Shown here: positions 14,639 to 22,363 of the stretch, piece by piece | How the letters are laid out: the number at the start of each line of letters is the position of its first letter | Numbering within the stretch: position 1 is the stretch's first letter | NCBI RefSeq assembly: GCF_001598795.1 | Contig: NZ_BCZP01000034.1 | Span: 1-32,000 of the forward strand | Direction of reading: 5' to 3' | DNA: 32,000 bases | DNA from: Delftia acidovorans NBRC 14950 | GTDB lineage: Bacteria > Pseudomonadota > Gammaproteobacteria > Burkholderiales > Burkholderiaceae_C | Position numbers and translations under genes: made by a program | Notes under the pieces: model-generated | Databases searched by the model: none | What the model was told of the DNA's origin: nothing | What the model saw: only the letters and a program-made list of their open reading frames with translations

Positions 14639-16957
14639 TTACTGAGCCGCCGCTGCAGGTGCCGGTGCAGGTGCAGGTGCAGGTGCCGGTGCCGGTGCCG
14701 GTGCTGGCGCAGGCGCAGGTGCGGACTCTGGCGCAGCCGGCACAGCGGCCGGTGCCGCGCCGTACTGCCAGCCGGCGGGCAGCAGGCCATCGACCCAGTG
14801 CAGGCGCCAGGCCATCAGCGCCAGCAAGGCCACCACGGCCAGCGCCACCAGGGTGTTGCGCAGGCCGTTGCCTTCCGCATAGGGATCGCCCGCCGTGCGC
14901 CGCGCGCCCACCGGCACCTTGGCGGTCTGCGACAGGCTGCGGCCCAGCGGCAGGTTGATGCGCATGCGGCCGTTGATGGCCCAGCCGCTGGCGTCCAGGA
15001 TGGGCCCCAGGCTGCGCTGGCGCAGCTTGAGCCAGGCAATCATCATGCTGGGCCCGGAGATGGCGGCAATGAGGCCGACCAGGGCCACGGGAATCCAGGG
15101 CCCCAGGTCGATGAACTTGCCGAAGATGCCCACCAGCACGGCGCTGATGGAGCCCAGGGCCACGCCCAGGGCGGCCACGGTGCCCACATCGGTCTTGCGC
15201 GATGTGGCCGCAGCGGTGGCAGCCGTGGCGGCTGTGGCGTTGGCCGCAGCGGTGCCGGGCGCCGTGACCAGCTGGCCAGCCTGCGTGCCCAGGCTGGCGG
15301 TCACGCCCTCTTCCTTGGCCGAGGCGCGCTTGGCCACCTGTTCCTCCACCATGCGCAGGAATTTCTTGTAGGGCAGGAAGAAGGCCTGGCCGATGCTGGT
15401 GGGGTTCTCGATGAGCTTGACGATGGTGGCGTCCCAATCGTTGCCCGCGCGGTCATAGAACACGCCGTTGCGGCCCACGAAGAGAAAGTCCACGTCGCCC
15501 GCCGTGAAGGCCGCGACGATGGCTTTCTTCTTGCCCTCGCGCCGCAGCTCGCAGTAGGCCAGGCAGGTCTTGGCACGGCCGGCCAGCGCGGCGTGGGCGG
15601 CGGTGTCGGCCACTTCCACAGTCAGGTCGCAGCTGCGCGCATCCAGGTAGAGCGTGCCGGCCTGGAAGGCCGCGCCCTCGCGCCGGTAGAAGCTGCTGAA
15701 CGAGACAAAGTTGTTGAGCAGCACCAGCAGGTCGCGCTGCAGGCGGATGAGCTTTTCCAGCGCCACGGCCTGCAGGCTGTGTTCCTTCTCGGACTCGTCC
15801 TGGGCGATGAGGTCCAGCAGCGCCGCTTCCTGCCCGCCGTCCAGCAGCGCCTGCACCTCCTGTTGAGGCAGGGCATCGAGCGGCGTGGCGGGCCGGGCCG
15901 CCAGCCATTGGCGACAGGGCTGCAGGGCGGCCTTGACCTGCTCCCACTGCGCGGCGGTGATCTCCTGCAGGTCTTCGCCCAGCACGGGCTGCACGGCCTG
16001 CTCGCGCAGGGCCTGCAGCGCGGCGGCCCAGGCGGGGTTGACGCCCTGGGCCAGCGGCAGCGCGCGGTCGGCCGCCACGGCGGCCAGCGGCAGGGCGGCA
16101 ATGGCTTGGGCGCCGCTGTCCAGCACCTCACGGCCCAGGGCGGCATAGCCTTCTATGGAGGGGTTGAGCGGGTCCTGCGCGCGCGTGTCGAAGGCGGCCA
16201 GCCGCGTGCGTGCGAAGAAGTCGTCCACCTTGGCCTGCACCGCGTCCACGGCGCGGGCGGCGGCCAGGGCCTGGTCGCGCTCGGCAATGCCGCAGCCCAG
16301 GGCCTCGGCGCCTGCATGCCAGTCGCGCAGGGAACGCAGGTCGGCATAGAAGGACTCGGCCTGCTTGCGTGCGATGCCGGCCACGCCATCGGCGCCCGCC
16401 GCCGTGCCATAGGCCTTGCCGATGCGCTCGACCAGCGCGGCCAGCGCCTTGTCGTCCCCGGCGGTGGCGGGGCTGACGATGCCGTCGCCATTGAAGCGCA
16501 TGGCCGCCAGGGAGGCCAGGCGCTCGCGCACCTGGGCCAGGCTCAGCGCGGCGCCGCCGGCCTGGCCGGACAGGGCCAGCATGCGCTCGGCCTCGGCGTG
16601 CAGCAGGGCGCCCTGCTCGCTGTCGCGCTCCAGGCTGGACAGTTGCAGCACGTCGCCGCCATCGGCCAGCACCTGGGGGTCACGCACGCGCGCCACGGCC
16701 CATTGGCAGGCGGCAATCAGTTCGGGCGGGCGGATGCGGCCGTCCTTGTCTTCGTCGATCAGGTCCAGCGTGTCGCTGTCGAACTCGATGCCGCGCGTGG
16801 GGCAGGCCAGGGCCACCCACAGCTTCTGGTCCAGCTCGCCGATGTGCGCAATGTCCTGCCCGGTGCGGATGACCACCTGGTCCACTCCACCGGCGCGAAA
16901 AAACTCCCAAGCATGTTGCTGCTGCATGAAATACCCAACGGCCGCTCTGGCCAACAT
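14639..16957 (-). CDS. conserved protein of unknown function with EF-hand loop, three C-terminal TM helices and an (AP)n tail
   Basis: 772-aa ORF with an alternative ATG at 16927. The canonical 12-residue EF-hand loop DEDKDGRIRPPE is encoded at 16721-16756. TM segments are VAALGVALGSISAVLVGIFG, WIPVALVGLIAAISGPSMMIAWL and TLVALAVVALLALMAW. Confidence 0.85.
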   Translation of the reverse strand: MLARAAVGYFMQQQHAWEFFRAGGVDQVVIRTGQDIAHIGELDQKLWVALACPTRGIEFDSDTLDLIDEDKDGRIRPPELIAACQWAVARVRDPQVLADGGDVLQLSSLERDSEQGALLHAEAERMLALSGQAGGAALSLAQVRERLASLAAMRFNGDGIVSPATAGDDKALAALVERIGKAYGTAAGADGVAGIARKQAESFYADLRSLRDWHAGAEALGCGIAERDQALAAARAVDAVQAKVDDFFARTRLAAFDTRAQDPLNPSIEGYAALGREVLDSGAQAIAALPLAAVAADRALPLAQGVNPAWAAALQALREQAVQPVLGEDLQEITAAQWEQVKAALQPCRQWLAARPATPLDALPQQEVQALLDGGQEAALLDLIAQDESEKEHSLQAVALEKLIRLQRDLLVLLNNFVSFSSFYRREGAAFQAGTLYLDARSCDLTVEVADTAAHAALAGRAKTCLAYCELRREGKKKAIVAAFTAGDVDFLFVGRNGVFYDRAGNDWDATIVKLIENPTSIGQAFFLPYKKFLRMVEEQVAKRASAKEEGVTASLGTQAGQLVTAPGTAAANATAATAATAAATSRKTDVGTVAALGVALGSISAVLVGIFGKFIDLGPWIPVALVGLIAAISGPSMMIAWLKLRQRSLGPILDASGWAINGRMRINLPLGRSLSQTAKVPVGARRTAGDPYAEGNGLRNTLVALAVVALLALMAWRLHWVDGLLPAGWQYGAAPAAVPAAPESAPAPAPAPAPAPAPAPAPAPAPAAAAQ
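14654..14722. repeat. hexanucleotide tandem repeat (GGTGCM-like) encoding (Ala-Pro)11
   Basis: tgcaggtgccggtgcaggtgcaggtgcaggtgccggtgccggtgccggtgctggcgcaggcgcaggtgcg, in frame at the 3' end of the 772-aa gene. Confidence 0.85.
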
Positions 16958-17116
16958 TCAAAAAACGAAAACGAAAAACCGAAAAAGGGCCGCAGTTTAA
17001 AAGTCATTCGGCCTGCTCAATTGAAGACATTTGTCAACGATGGGCGTCAGCACAGGCTGTCAGGGCTGGCGCTTTGTGTGAAAATAAAAGCACTGAATAG
17101 ATACTTTATTGTCTCC

Positions 17117-17860
17117 ATGCCCTCCAACTCCACCGCGTCGGCCCCTCAACAAGGCCGGGACAAGCTGCACCTGCAGCTGGCGCGGCTGTTCCGCAGCAAG
17201 GTGTCCACGGGCGCCTGGCCCGTAGGCAGCGCCATTCCCACGGTGCAGGAGCTGGAGGCGCTGCATGGCGTGTCGCGCACCACGGTGCGCATGGCGCTGG
17301 GCGCCCTGGTGGCAGAGGGCCTGCTGCTCACGCGCAAGCGCGGCGGCACGCGGGTGATTGCGGCGCCCTACAAGCCACCGTCCTTCCTGCTGCCCACCAG
17401 CTGGAAGGAGCTGGTGGCCTTTGGCGCCCACATCGGCCAGATCACCCTGCACACCGGGCGCGACTGCCTGCCGCCGATTCCCGAAGGCTTCCCCGACGTG
17501 GGCCGCATGGCCCCCGCCTACGTGCACCTGCTGCGCGTGTACGACCATGACGCGGCGCGGTTCTGCCTGTCGCAGCTGTACCTGGAGCAGGAACTGTTCC
17601 CCGAGATCGAGGCCCAGCTGGAGCGCAGCTCCCTGGCCGTGGCCCTGAGCAGCGACCCCTCGCGCATTGCCGTGGCGCGCCAGCACTTGAGCGTGGCGCC
17701 GGCCGACGAACTGGCCGCCGAGCACCTGGGTGTGGCCCTGGGCACGCCGCTGATGCAGGCGCTGCGCTGGGCATGCAACGCCGACGGGCTGCTGATCTAC
17801 TGGGCGCGGGTGCGCTTTCTCAGCGAGTACGTGCATATGGAAATGGATCTCCTGAAATGA
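17117..17860 (+). CDS. GntR-family transcriptional regulator (HutC/UTRA-type)
   Basis: The ATG at 17117 gives 247 aa. IPTVQELEALHGVSRTTVRMALGALVAEGLL is a GntR winged HTH, followed by a UTRA-length effector domain. Confidence 0.85.
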   Translation: MPSNSTASAPQQGRDKLHLQLARLFRSKVSTGAWPVGSAIPTVQELEALHGVSRTTVRMALGALVAEGLLLTRKRGGTRVIAAPYKPPSFLLPTSWKELVAFGAHIGQITLHTGRDCLPPIPEGFPDVGRMAPAYVHLLRVYDHDAARFCLSQLYLEQELFPEIEAQLERSSLAVALSSDPSRIAVARQHLSVAPADELAAEHLGVALGTPLMQALRWACNADGLLIYWARVRFLSEYVHMEMDLLK

Positions 17861-18675
17861 ACCCGACTTCCTCATTCCCCGCTTCACGCCCGCATGCGGG
17901 CCGCGTGGCCTGGATCACCGGCTCGACCAGCGGCATCGGCCTGGCCGTGGCGCGCCATCTGGCCAGCGAGGGCGCAGCCATCGCGCTGCATGGCCAGGCC
18001 GCCGCTTCTGCCGAGACCGATGCGCTGGTGCGCGAGATCGCCCACACGCATGGCGTGCCGGTGCGCCACTACGGCCTGGACCTGCGCGACGGCAGCGCCA
18101 TCGCACCGCTGGCGCAGCGCATTGCGGCCGAGATGGGCGCCATCGACATCCTGGTCAACAACGCAGGCATGCAGCATGTGAGCCCGCTGCTCGAATTCCC
18201 GGCCGGCAAGTGGGACGAGCTGCTGGCCGTCAACCTCTCGGCGCCCTTCCATGCCATCCAGGCCTGCGCGCCGCAGATGCTGGAGCGCGGCTGGGGCCGC
18301 ATCATCAATATCGCCTCGGTCAGCGGGCTGGTGGGCGTGGCGCGCAAGCCGGCCTATGTGGCCAGCAAGCACGGGCTGATCGGCCTGACCAAGTCGGTGG
18401 CGCTGGAGTTCGCCACCACGCCCGTGACCTGCAATGCCATCTGCCCCGGCTGGGTGCTGACGCCACTGGTGCAACGACAGATCGATGCGCTGGCCGCGCG
18501 CGAGGGGCTGGATGCCGACGCGGCGGCGCGCCAGCTGCTGGGCGCCAAGCAGCCCTCCCAGGCCTTCGTGACCGTGGAGCAGGTGGCGGCGCTGGCCGGT
18601 TTCCTGGCCAGCGAGCAGGCCGCCCAGGTGCGCGGCGCACACTGGAACATGGACGGCGGCTTTGCCGCTGCCTGA
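17857..18675 (+). CDS. bdhA: 3-hydroxybutyrate dehydrogenase-type SDR
   Basis: The ATG at 17857 overlaps the GntR stop as ATGA. WITGSTSGIG, NNAGMQHV, YVASKHGLIGLTKSVALE and TCNAICPGWVLTPLVQRQI match the D-beta-hydroxybutyrate dehydrogenase subfamily. Confidence 0.75.
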   Translation: MNPTSSFPASRPHAGRVAWITGSTSGIGLAVARHLASEGAAIALHGQAAASAETDALVREIAHTHGVPVRHYGLDLRDGSAIAPLAQRIAAEMGAIDILVNNAGMQHVSPLLEFPAGKWDELLAVNLSAPFHAIQACAPQMLERGWGRIINIASVSGLVGVARKPAYVASKHGLIGLTKSVALEFATTPVTCNAICPGWVLTPLVQRQIDALAAREGLDADAAARQLLGAKQPSQAFVTVEQVAALAGFLASEQAAQVRGAHWNMDGGFAAA

Positions 18676-18750
18676 GCCGGCCACGCCTCGCCCTGCCCCG
18701 CCAAACCCCTTTTCATACCAACGACAGACAAACCCAACCAGGAGAGACAG

Positions 18751-20067
18751 ATGTCCTTGAACGAAACCCATGACGCAGGCCTGCGCAGCTGGGTGACCTC
18801 GGCCAACACCGGCGCCAGCGACTTCCCCATCCAGAACCTGCCGTTTGCGGTGTTCCGCCGCGCAGGCAGCCAGGAGGCCTGGCGCGGCGGCGTGGCCATT
18901 GGCGACCAGGTGCTGGACCTGGCGCGCGCAAGCGCGATCAAGGCGCTGGGCGATGCCGTGCAGCCGCAGCTGGAAGCCGCTTCGCAACAGCACCTGAACG
19001 GCTTCATGGCCATGGGACCTGCCGCCTGGTCGGCCCTGCGCCTGGCGCTGTCGCGCGCGCTGCGCGAAGGCGCTGCCGCACAGGCGGCGCTGCAGGATTG
19101 CCTGGTGGCCCAGTCCGACGTGGAGTACACGGTGCCGGCAAAGGTCGGCGACTACACGGACTTCTATACCTCGGTGCACCACGCCACCAACGTCGGCAAG
19201 CTGTTCCGCCCGGACAACCCGCTGATGGAAAACTACAAGTGGGTGCCGATTGGCTACCACGGCCGTGCGTCCAGCCTGCGCGTGTCGGGCGTGGACTTCC
19301 GCCGCCCCATGGGCCAGTTGAAGGCACCCGACGCCGCCGCGCCCGCGCTCAAGCCCTGCGCACGCCTGGACTATGAGCTGGAGATGGGCATCTACACCGG
19401 CGCCGGCAACGCCTGGGGCGAGGCGATTTCCATGGACGAGGCAGAGAACCACATCTTCGGCCTGTGCCTGCTCAACGACTGGTCGGCGCGCGACATCCAG
19501 GCCTGGGAGTACCAGCCGCTGGGCCCCTTCCTGTCGAAGAACTTCGCCACCACGGTCTCGCCCTGGATCGTGACGCTGGAGGCGCTGGAGCCCTACCGCA
19601 CGGCCTTCACGCGGCCCGCCGCAGATCCCCAGCCCCTGCCCTACCTGAGCTCGGCCGCCAACTCCGAGCGCGGCGCGTTCGACGTGCAGCTAAGCGTGGC
19701 GCTGGAGACCGGCCGCATGCGCGCCGAAGGCCAGGCAGCCCAGCAGATCACCCACACCAGCTACCGCCACGCCTACTGGACCATGGCCCAGCTGGTGGCC
19801 CACCACAGCGTCAACGGCTGCGACCTGCAGCCCGGCGACCTGCTGGGCACGGGCACGCTGTCCGGCCCCACCTCCAGCGAGGCCGGTGCGCTGCTGGAGC
19901 TGACCGAAGGCGGCAAGAAGCCCGTGGCGCTGGCCAATGGCGAGAGCCGCACCTTCCTGCAGGATGGCGATGCCGTGATCCTGCGCGGCTGGTGCGAGAA
20001 GCCGGGCGCCGCGCGCATCGGCTTCGGCGAGTGCCGCGCCACCGTGCTGCCCGCGCGCCAGGCCTGA
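18751..20067 (+). CDS. fahA: fumarylacetoacetase
   Basis: 438 aa, with ggagagacag upstream. SWV..AN...SDFPIQNLPF.VFRR at the N-terminus and the FAH C-terminal fold (GLCLLNDWSARDIQAWEYQPLGPFLSKNF, GDLLGTGT.SG) are present. Confidence 0.9.
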   Translation: MSLNETHDAGLRSWVTSANTGASDFPIQNLPFAVFRRAGSQEAWRGGVAIGDQVLDLARASAIKALGDAVQPQLEAASQQHLNGFMAMGPAAWSALRLALSRALREGAAAQAALQDCLVAQSDVEYTVPAKVGDYTDFYTSVHHATNVGKLFRPDNPLMENYKWVPIGYHGRASSLRVSGVDFRRPMGQLKAPDAAAPALKPCARLDYELEMGIYTGAGNAWGEAISMDEAENHIFGLCLLNDWSARDIQAWEYQPLGPFLSKNFATTVSPWIVTLEALEPYRTAFTRPAADPQPLPYLSSAANSERGAFDVQLSVALETGRMRAEGQAAQQITHTSYRHAYWTMAQLVAHHSVNGCDLQPGDLLGTGTLSGPTSSEAGALLELTEGGKKPVALANGESRTFLQDGDAVILRGWCEKPGAARIGFGECRATVLPARQA

Positions 20068-20075
20068 TGGCAAAG

Positions 20076-20116
20076 GCAGATCGATCGGGGCCGATGGAGC
20101 GGCCCGATTGATCTGC
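20076..20116 (+). other. long imperfect stem-loop immediately 3' of fahA
   Basis: gcagatcgatcggggcc ... ggcccgattgatctgc has one mismatch and one bulge. No T-tract follows. The 3' arm is the first unit of the adjacent tandem repeat. Confidence 0.55.
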
Positions 20117-20154
20117 CCGATTGATTCACCCGATTGATCCGCCCGAATGTCGTG
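20103..20154. repeat. 13-bp tandem direct repeat, 3 good copies plus 1 degenerate
   Basis: cccgattgatctg / cccgattgattca / cccgattgatccg / cccgaatgtcgtg, about 40-90 nt upstream of the SPOR-protein start. Confidence 0.85.
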
Positions 20155-20191
20155 ATTCCGACAGCCATGAGTGCATGACACAATTGCTGAC

Positions 20192-21784
20192 ATGCCCGCC
20201 CCATCGGAAGACGCCATCTCAGCACCTCCCGCCACCATCGACTTCGGAAGGCAGGCGGCCCCTGCCCGGCAGGAGCCCGCCTTTGCCGAGCCCGGCAGTG
20301 CCAGCAGGCCCGACACGGCCGACTCTCCCAAGAGCCCCAGCAAACTGCCGCCCTCGATAGCCAGCGCCTTCGCTGCCGCAGCCTATGCGCTGCAGCACGG
20401 CGATGACGCCGCTGCCCCCAACGAGCGGGCAGGCGCCGGCGCACATTCCGGCGTCACCAGCTTCACGGGCGGACAGGGCGCCGGCCTGATGCCGGGCCTG
20501 TACGCCAGCCTGATTGGCGAGCCCTCGCGCGACTACTACCTGCGCCTGTTCGAGCGCTTCGACGCGCTGGGCAAGCCCTTGCCTACATGGAACCTGGCCG
20601 CAGGCCTGTTCACCCTGCCCTGGTGCGGGCTGCGCGGGCTGTGGCAAGAGGGCGGCCTCTATGCGCTGGCCGCCGGCGGCACGGGCCTGGTCTGGGGCCT
20701 GCTGCTGCGCCCCGCGCTGGGCCTGCCCCCGGCGATTGCCCACGGCATCGATGCCACGCTGATCCTGCTGGCCATTGCCATTCCCGGCCTGGGTGCCAAT
20801 GCCCTGTACTGGCACCATGTGCGCCGCCACACGCTGCAAGCCATTGGCGAGGCCCCCAACATGGCCGCAGCGCACGAACGCCTGGCCCGCCGGGCGGCCA
20901 CGCCCCTGCGCAAGCGCCTGGCCGTGGCGGCCGGTGCGGTGCTTGCCGCCGCTGCCGGTGCAGGCATCTGGGCGCTGTCGGGCATGCCACATTTCATGGC
21001 GGCACAGACCGCGGTGATCCCGTCCGAAGCCATACCGGCCGCTGCACCAGTTTCGCCAGCTGCACCAGCCGTGGCGCCAACGCCCGCCGCAGCCGTACCT
21101 GCCGTTGAAACGCCAAGGACGGAACCGGCGCCCACACCCGCCCCTACTCCCGCCCCCACTCCCTCCCCCATACCCCAGCCGCAAGAGCCGGTCACCCAGA
21201 CCGAGGCGCGCCCTGATCCGCAAGCGCCCTTGCCTGCTGCCGGCAGCACCGTCTCCGGCACGGTCGAACCCATGCCCGTCGTGGCAGCGGCCGGCGCCGC
21301 GGGTGCCGTCGCGGCCACTGCAGCGGCAGCCATTCCCGTCAAGGCCGCGTTGGTGCCAGCCAAAGCACCTGCACCTACGCCTGCGTCCGTGCACGCAGCC
21401 ACGCCAGCGCCCGCCAAGCCCTCCAAGGTGGCGGCTGAAACCAAACCAGCCAAGCCCGCCAAGCCCGCCGAACCCGTCGCAAAGGCCGCGACACCTGCCA
21501 AGGCCGCCTCGGCGGCTCTGGAGCCGGGCAACTACTACATCAACATCGGCGTGTTCTCTGAAGCTGGCAATGCCGGGCGCGTGGTGGAGCGGCTGGAGAA
21601 AGCCAAGCTGCCCACGCTCAGCCAGACCCTGCACAGCAACAAGGGCGAGATCGTGCGCGTGCGCTCGGGCCCCTTTGCCAAGCAACGCAGCGCCGATCAG
21701 GCGGCCGCCAAGATACGCGCCATGGGCATGGAGGCCACGGTCTTCCACCACGCCCCCGCGGAAGGCCGCAGCGCGCGGCGCTGA
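20192..21784 (+). CDS. SPOR domain protein with DUF2628-like membrane region and long Pro/Ala/Thr-rich linker
   Basis: The C-terminal SPOR fold is YYINIGVFSEAGNAGRVVERLEKAKLP...VRVRSGPFAKQRSADQAAAKIRAMG. The membrane segment is PTWNLAAGLFTLPWCGLRGLW. The start is uncertain: the track ORF opens with GTG at 20171 and the first ATG is at 20192. Confidence 0.75.
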   Translation: MPAPSEDAISAPPATIDFGRQAAPARQEPAFAEPGSASRPDTADSPKSPSKLPPSIASAFAAAAYALQHGDDAAAPNERAGAGAHSGVTSFTGGQGAGLMPGLYASLIGEPSRDYYLRLFERFDALGKPLPTWNLAAGLFTLPWCGLRGLWQEGGLYALAAGGTGLVWGLLLRPALGLPPAIAHGIDATLILLAIAIPGLGANALYWHHVRRHTLQAIGEAPNMAAAHERLARRAATPLRKRLAVAAGAVLAAAAGAGIWALSGMPHFMAAQTAVIPSEAIPAAAPVSPAAPAVAPTPAAAVPAVETPRTEPAPTPAPTPAPTPSPIPQPQEPVTQTEARPDPQAPLPAAGSTVSGTVEPMPVVAAAGAAGAVAATAAAAIPVKAALVPAKAPAPTPASVHAATPAPAKPSKVAAETKPAKPAKPAEPVAKAATPAKAASAALEPGNYYINIGVFSEAGNAGRVVERLEKAKLPTLSQTLHSNKGEIVRVRSGPFAKQRSADQAAAKIRAMGMEATVFHHAPAEGRSARR

Positions 21785-21935
21785 AGCCTTTGCTGCCACC
21801 TGTTACTTCCGCATGCCTTCGGCTTCGCCTTGGCCCGGCTCAGCCCGGCTAAGGTATGCGGCATTGTCCGAGGCAGCGTGCCCGCGCCTGCCCTGATACT
21901 GCGCAGCAACACCCCATGAATCGAGGAGACAGACC

Positions 21936-22286
21936 ATGCCGATGACCGCCCCCGCCCTCCAACGCCGCCTTGCCGCCCTGGCCCTGCTGGGCGCCACCAC
22001 CCTGGTGGCAGGCTGCGCCGGCATGAGCAATCCTTTTGGTGGCAGCAGCGGCGGTGGGGCGCAACCGGCCCCGCGCCCCGTGCAGGTCTGCAATGCGGCA
22101 TCGGCGCAGTCCTTCGTGGGCAAGAGCAATACCTCGGCCACGCTGGAGGCCGCCCGCAAGCAGTCGGGCGCCTACATGGCCCGCGTGCTGCGCGAAGGCC
22201 AGCCGACAACCATGGAGTTCAACCAGGAACGCCTGAACCTGGTGGTCGACGGCACAGGCCGCATCGTGGCCGTGCGCTGCGGCTGA
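21936..22286 (+). CDS. lipoprotein, peptidase-inhibitor I78-family-like
   Basis: 116 aa with gaggagacagacc upstream. It has a signal peptide with the lipobox LVAGC. The C-terminus, C.A..AQSFVGK...R.L..G...TMEFN.ERLNLVVD..GRIV.VRCG, fits the I78 pattern. Confidence 0.75.
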   Translation: MPMTAPALQRRLAALALLGATTLVAGCAGMSNPFGGSSGGGAQPAPRPVQVCNAASAQSFVGKSNTSATLEAARKQSGAYMARVLREGQPTTMEFNQERLNLVVDGTGRIVAVRCG

Positions 22287-22317
22287 TCGCCGACCGATTG
22301 CGCTGTGGCGCTGGATG

Positions 22318-22345
22318 AAAAAAGGACGCCTAGGCGTCCTTTTTT
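22318..22345. terminator. bidirectional intrinsic terminator
   Basis: aaaaaaggacgcc-ta-ggcgtccttttttc is flanked by an A-run and a T-run. It lies between the convergent I78 lipoprotein gene and hemW. Confidence 0.85.
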
Positions 22346-22363
22346 CAAAGGCGGTGCGCAGGC

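Noticed and set aside
14585-17860. 1091-aa plus-strand ORF, the longest in the track
   Set aside because: Most of it runs antisense to the 772-aa minus-strand gene and is Arg/Gly/Ala-rich low-complexity sequence, typical of a stop-free antisense frame in high-GC DNA. Only its last 247 codons (17117-17860) form a recognisable GntR regulator.
17884-19452. 522-aa minus-strand ORF, plus similar long antisense ORFs at 20219-21799, 13356-14588, 22685-23932 and 24265-25341
   Set aside because: Each lies opposite a confidently identified gene (bdhA/fahA, SPOR, aroG, hemW, PP2C) and has a GC-artefact amino-acid composition.
21105-21200. Repetitive CCC-ACN-CCC-GCC DNA inside the SPOR gene; similar repeats at 31480-31600 in the MltB signal region
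   Set aside because: These are in-frame codon repeats that encode Pro/Thr/Ala linkers (PAPTPAPTPAPTPSP, AQAAAQATAQA, LATALATALAA). The low-complexity protein sequence explains them, so they are not independent DNA elements.
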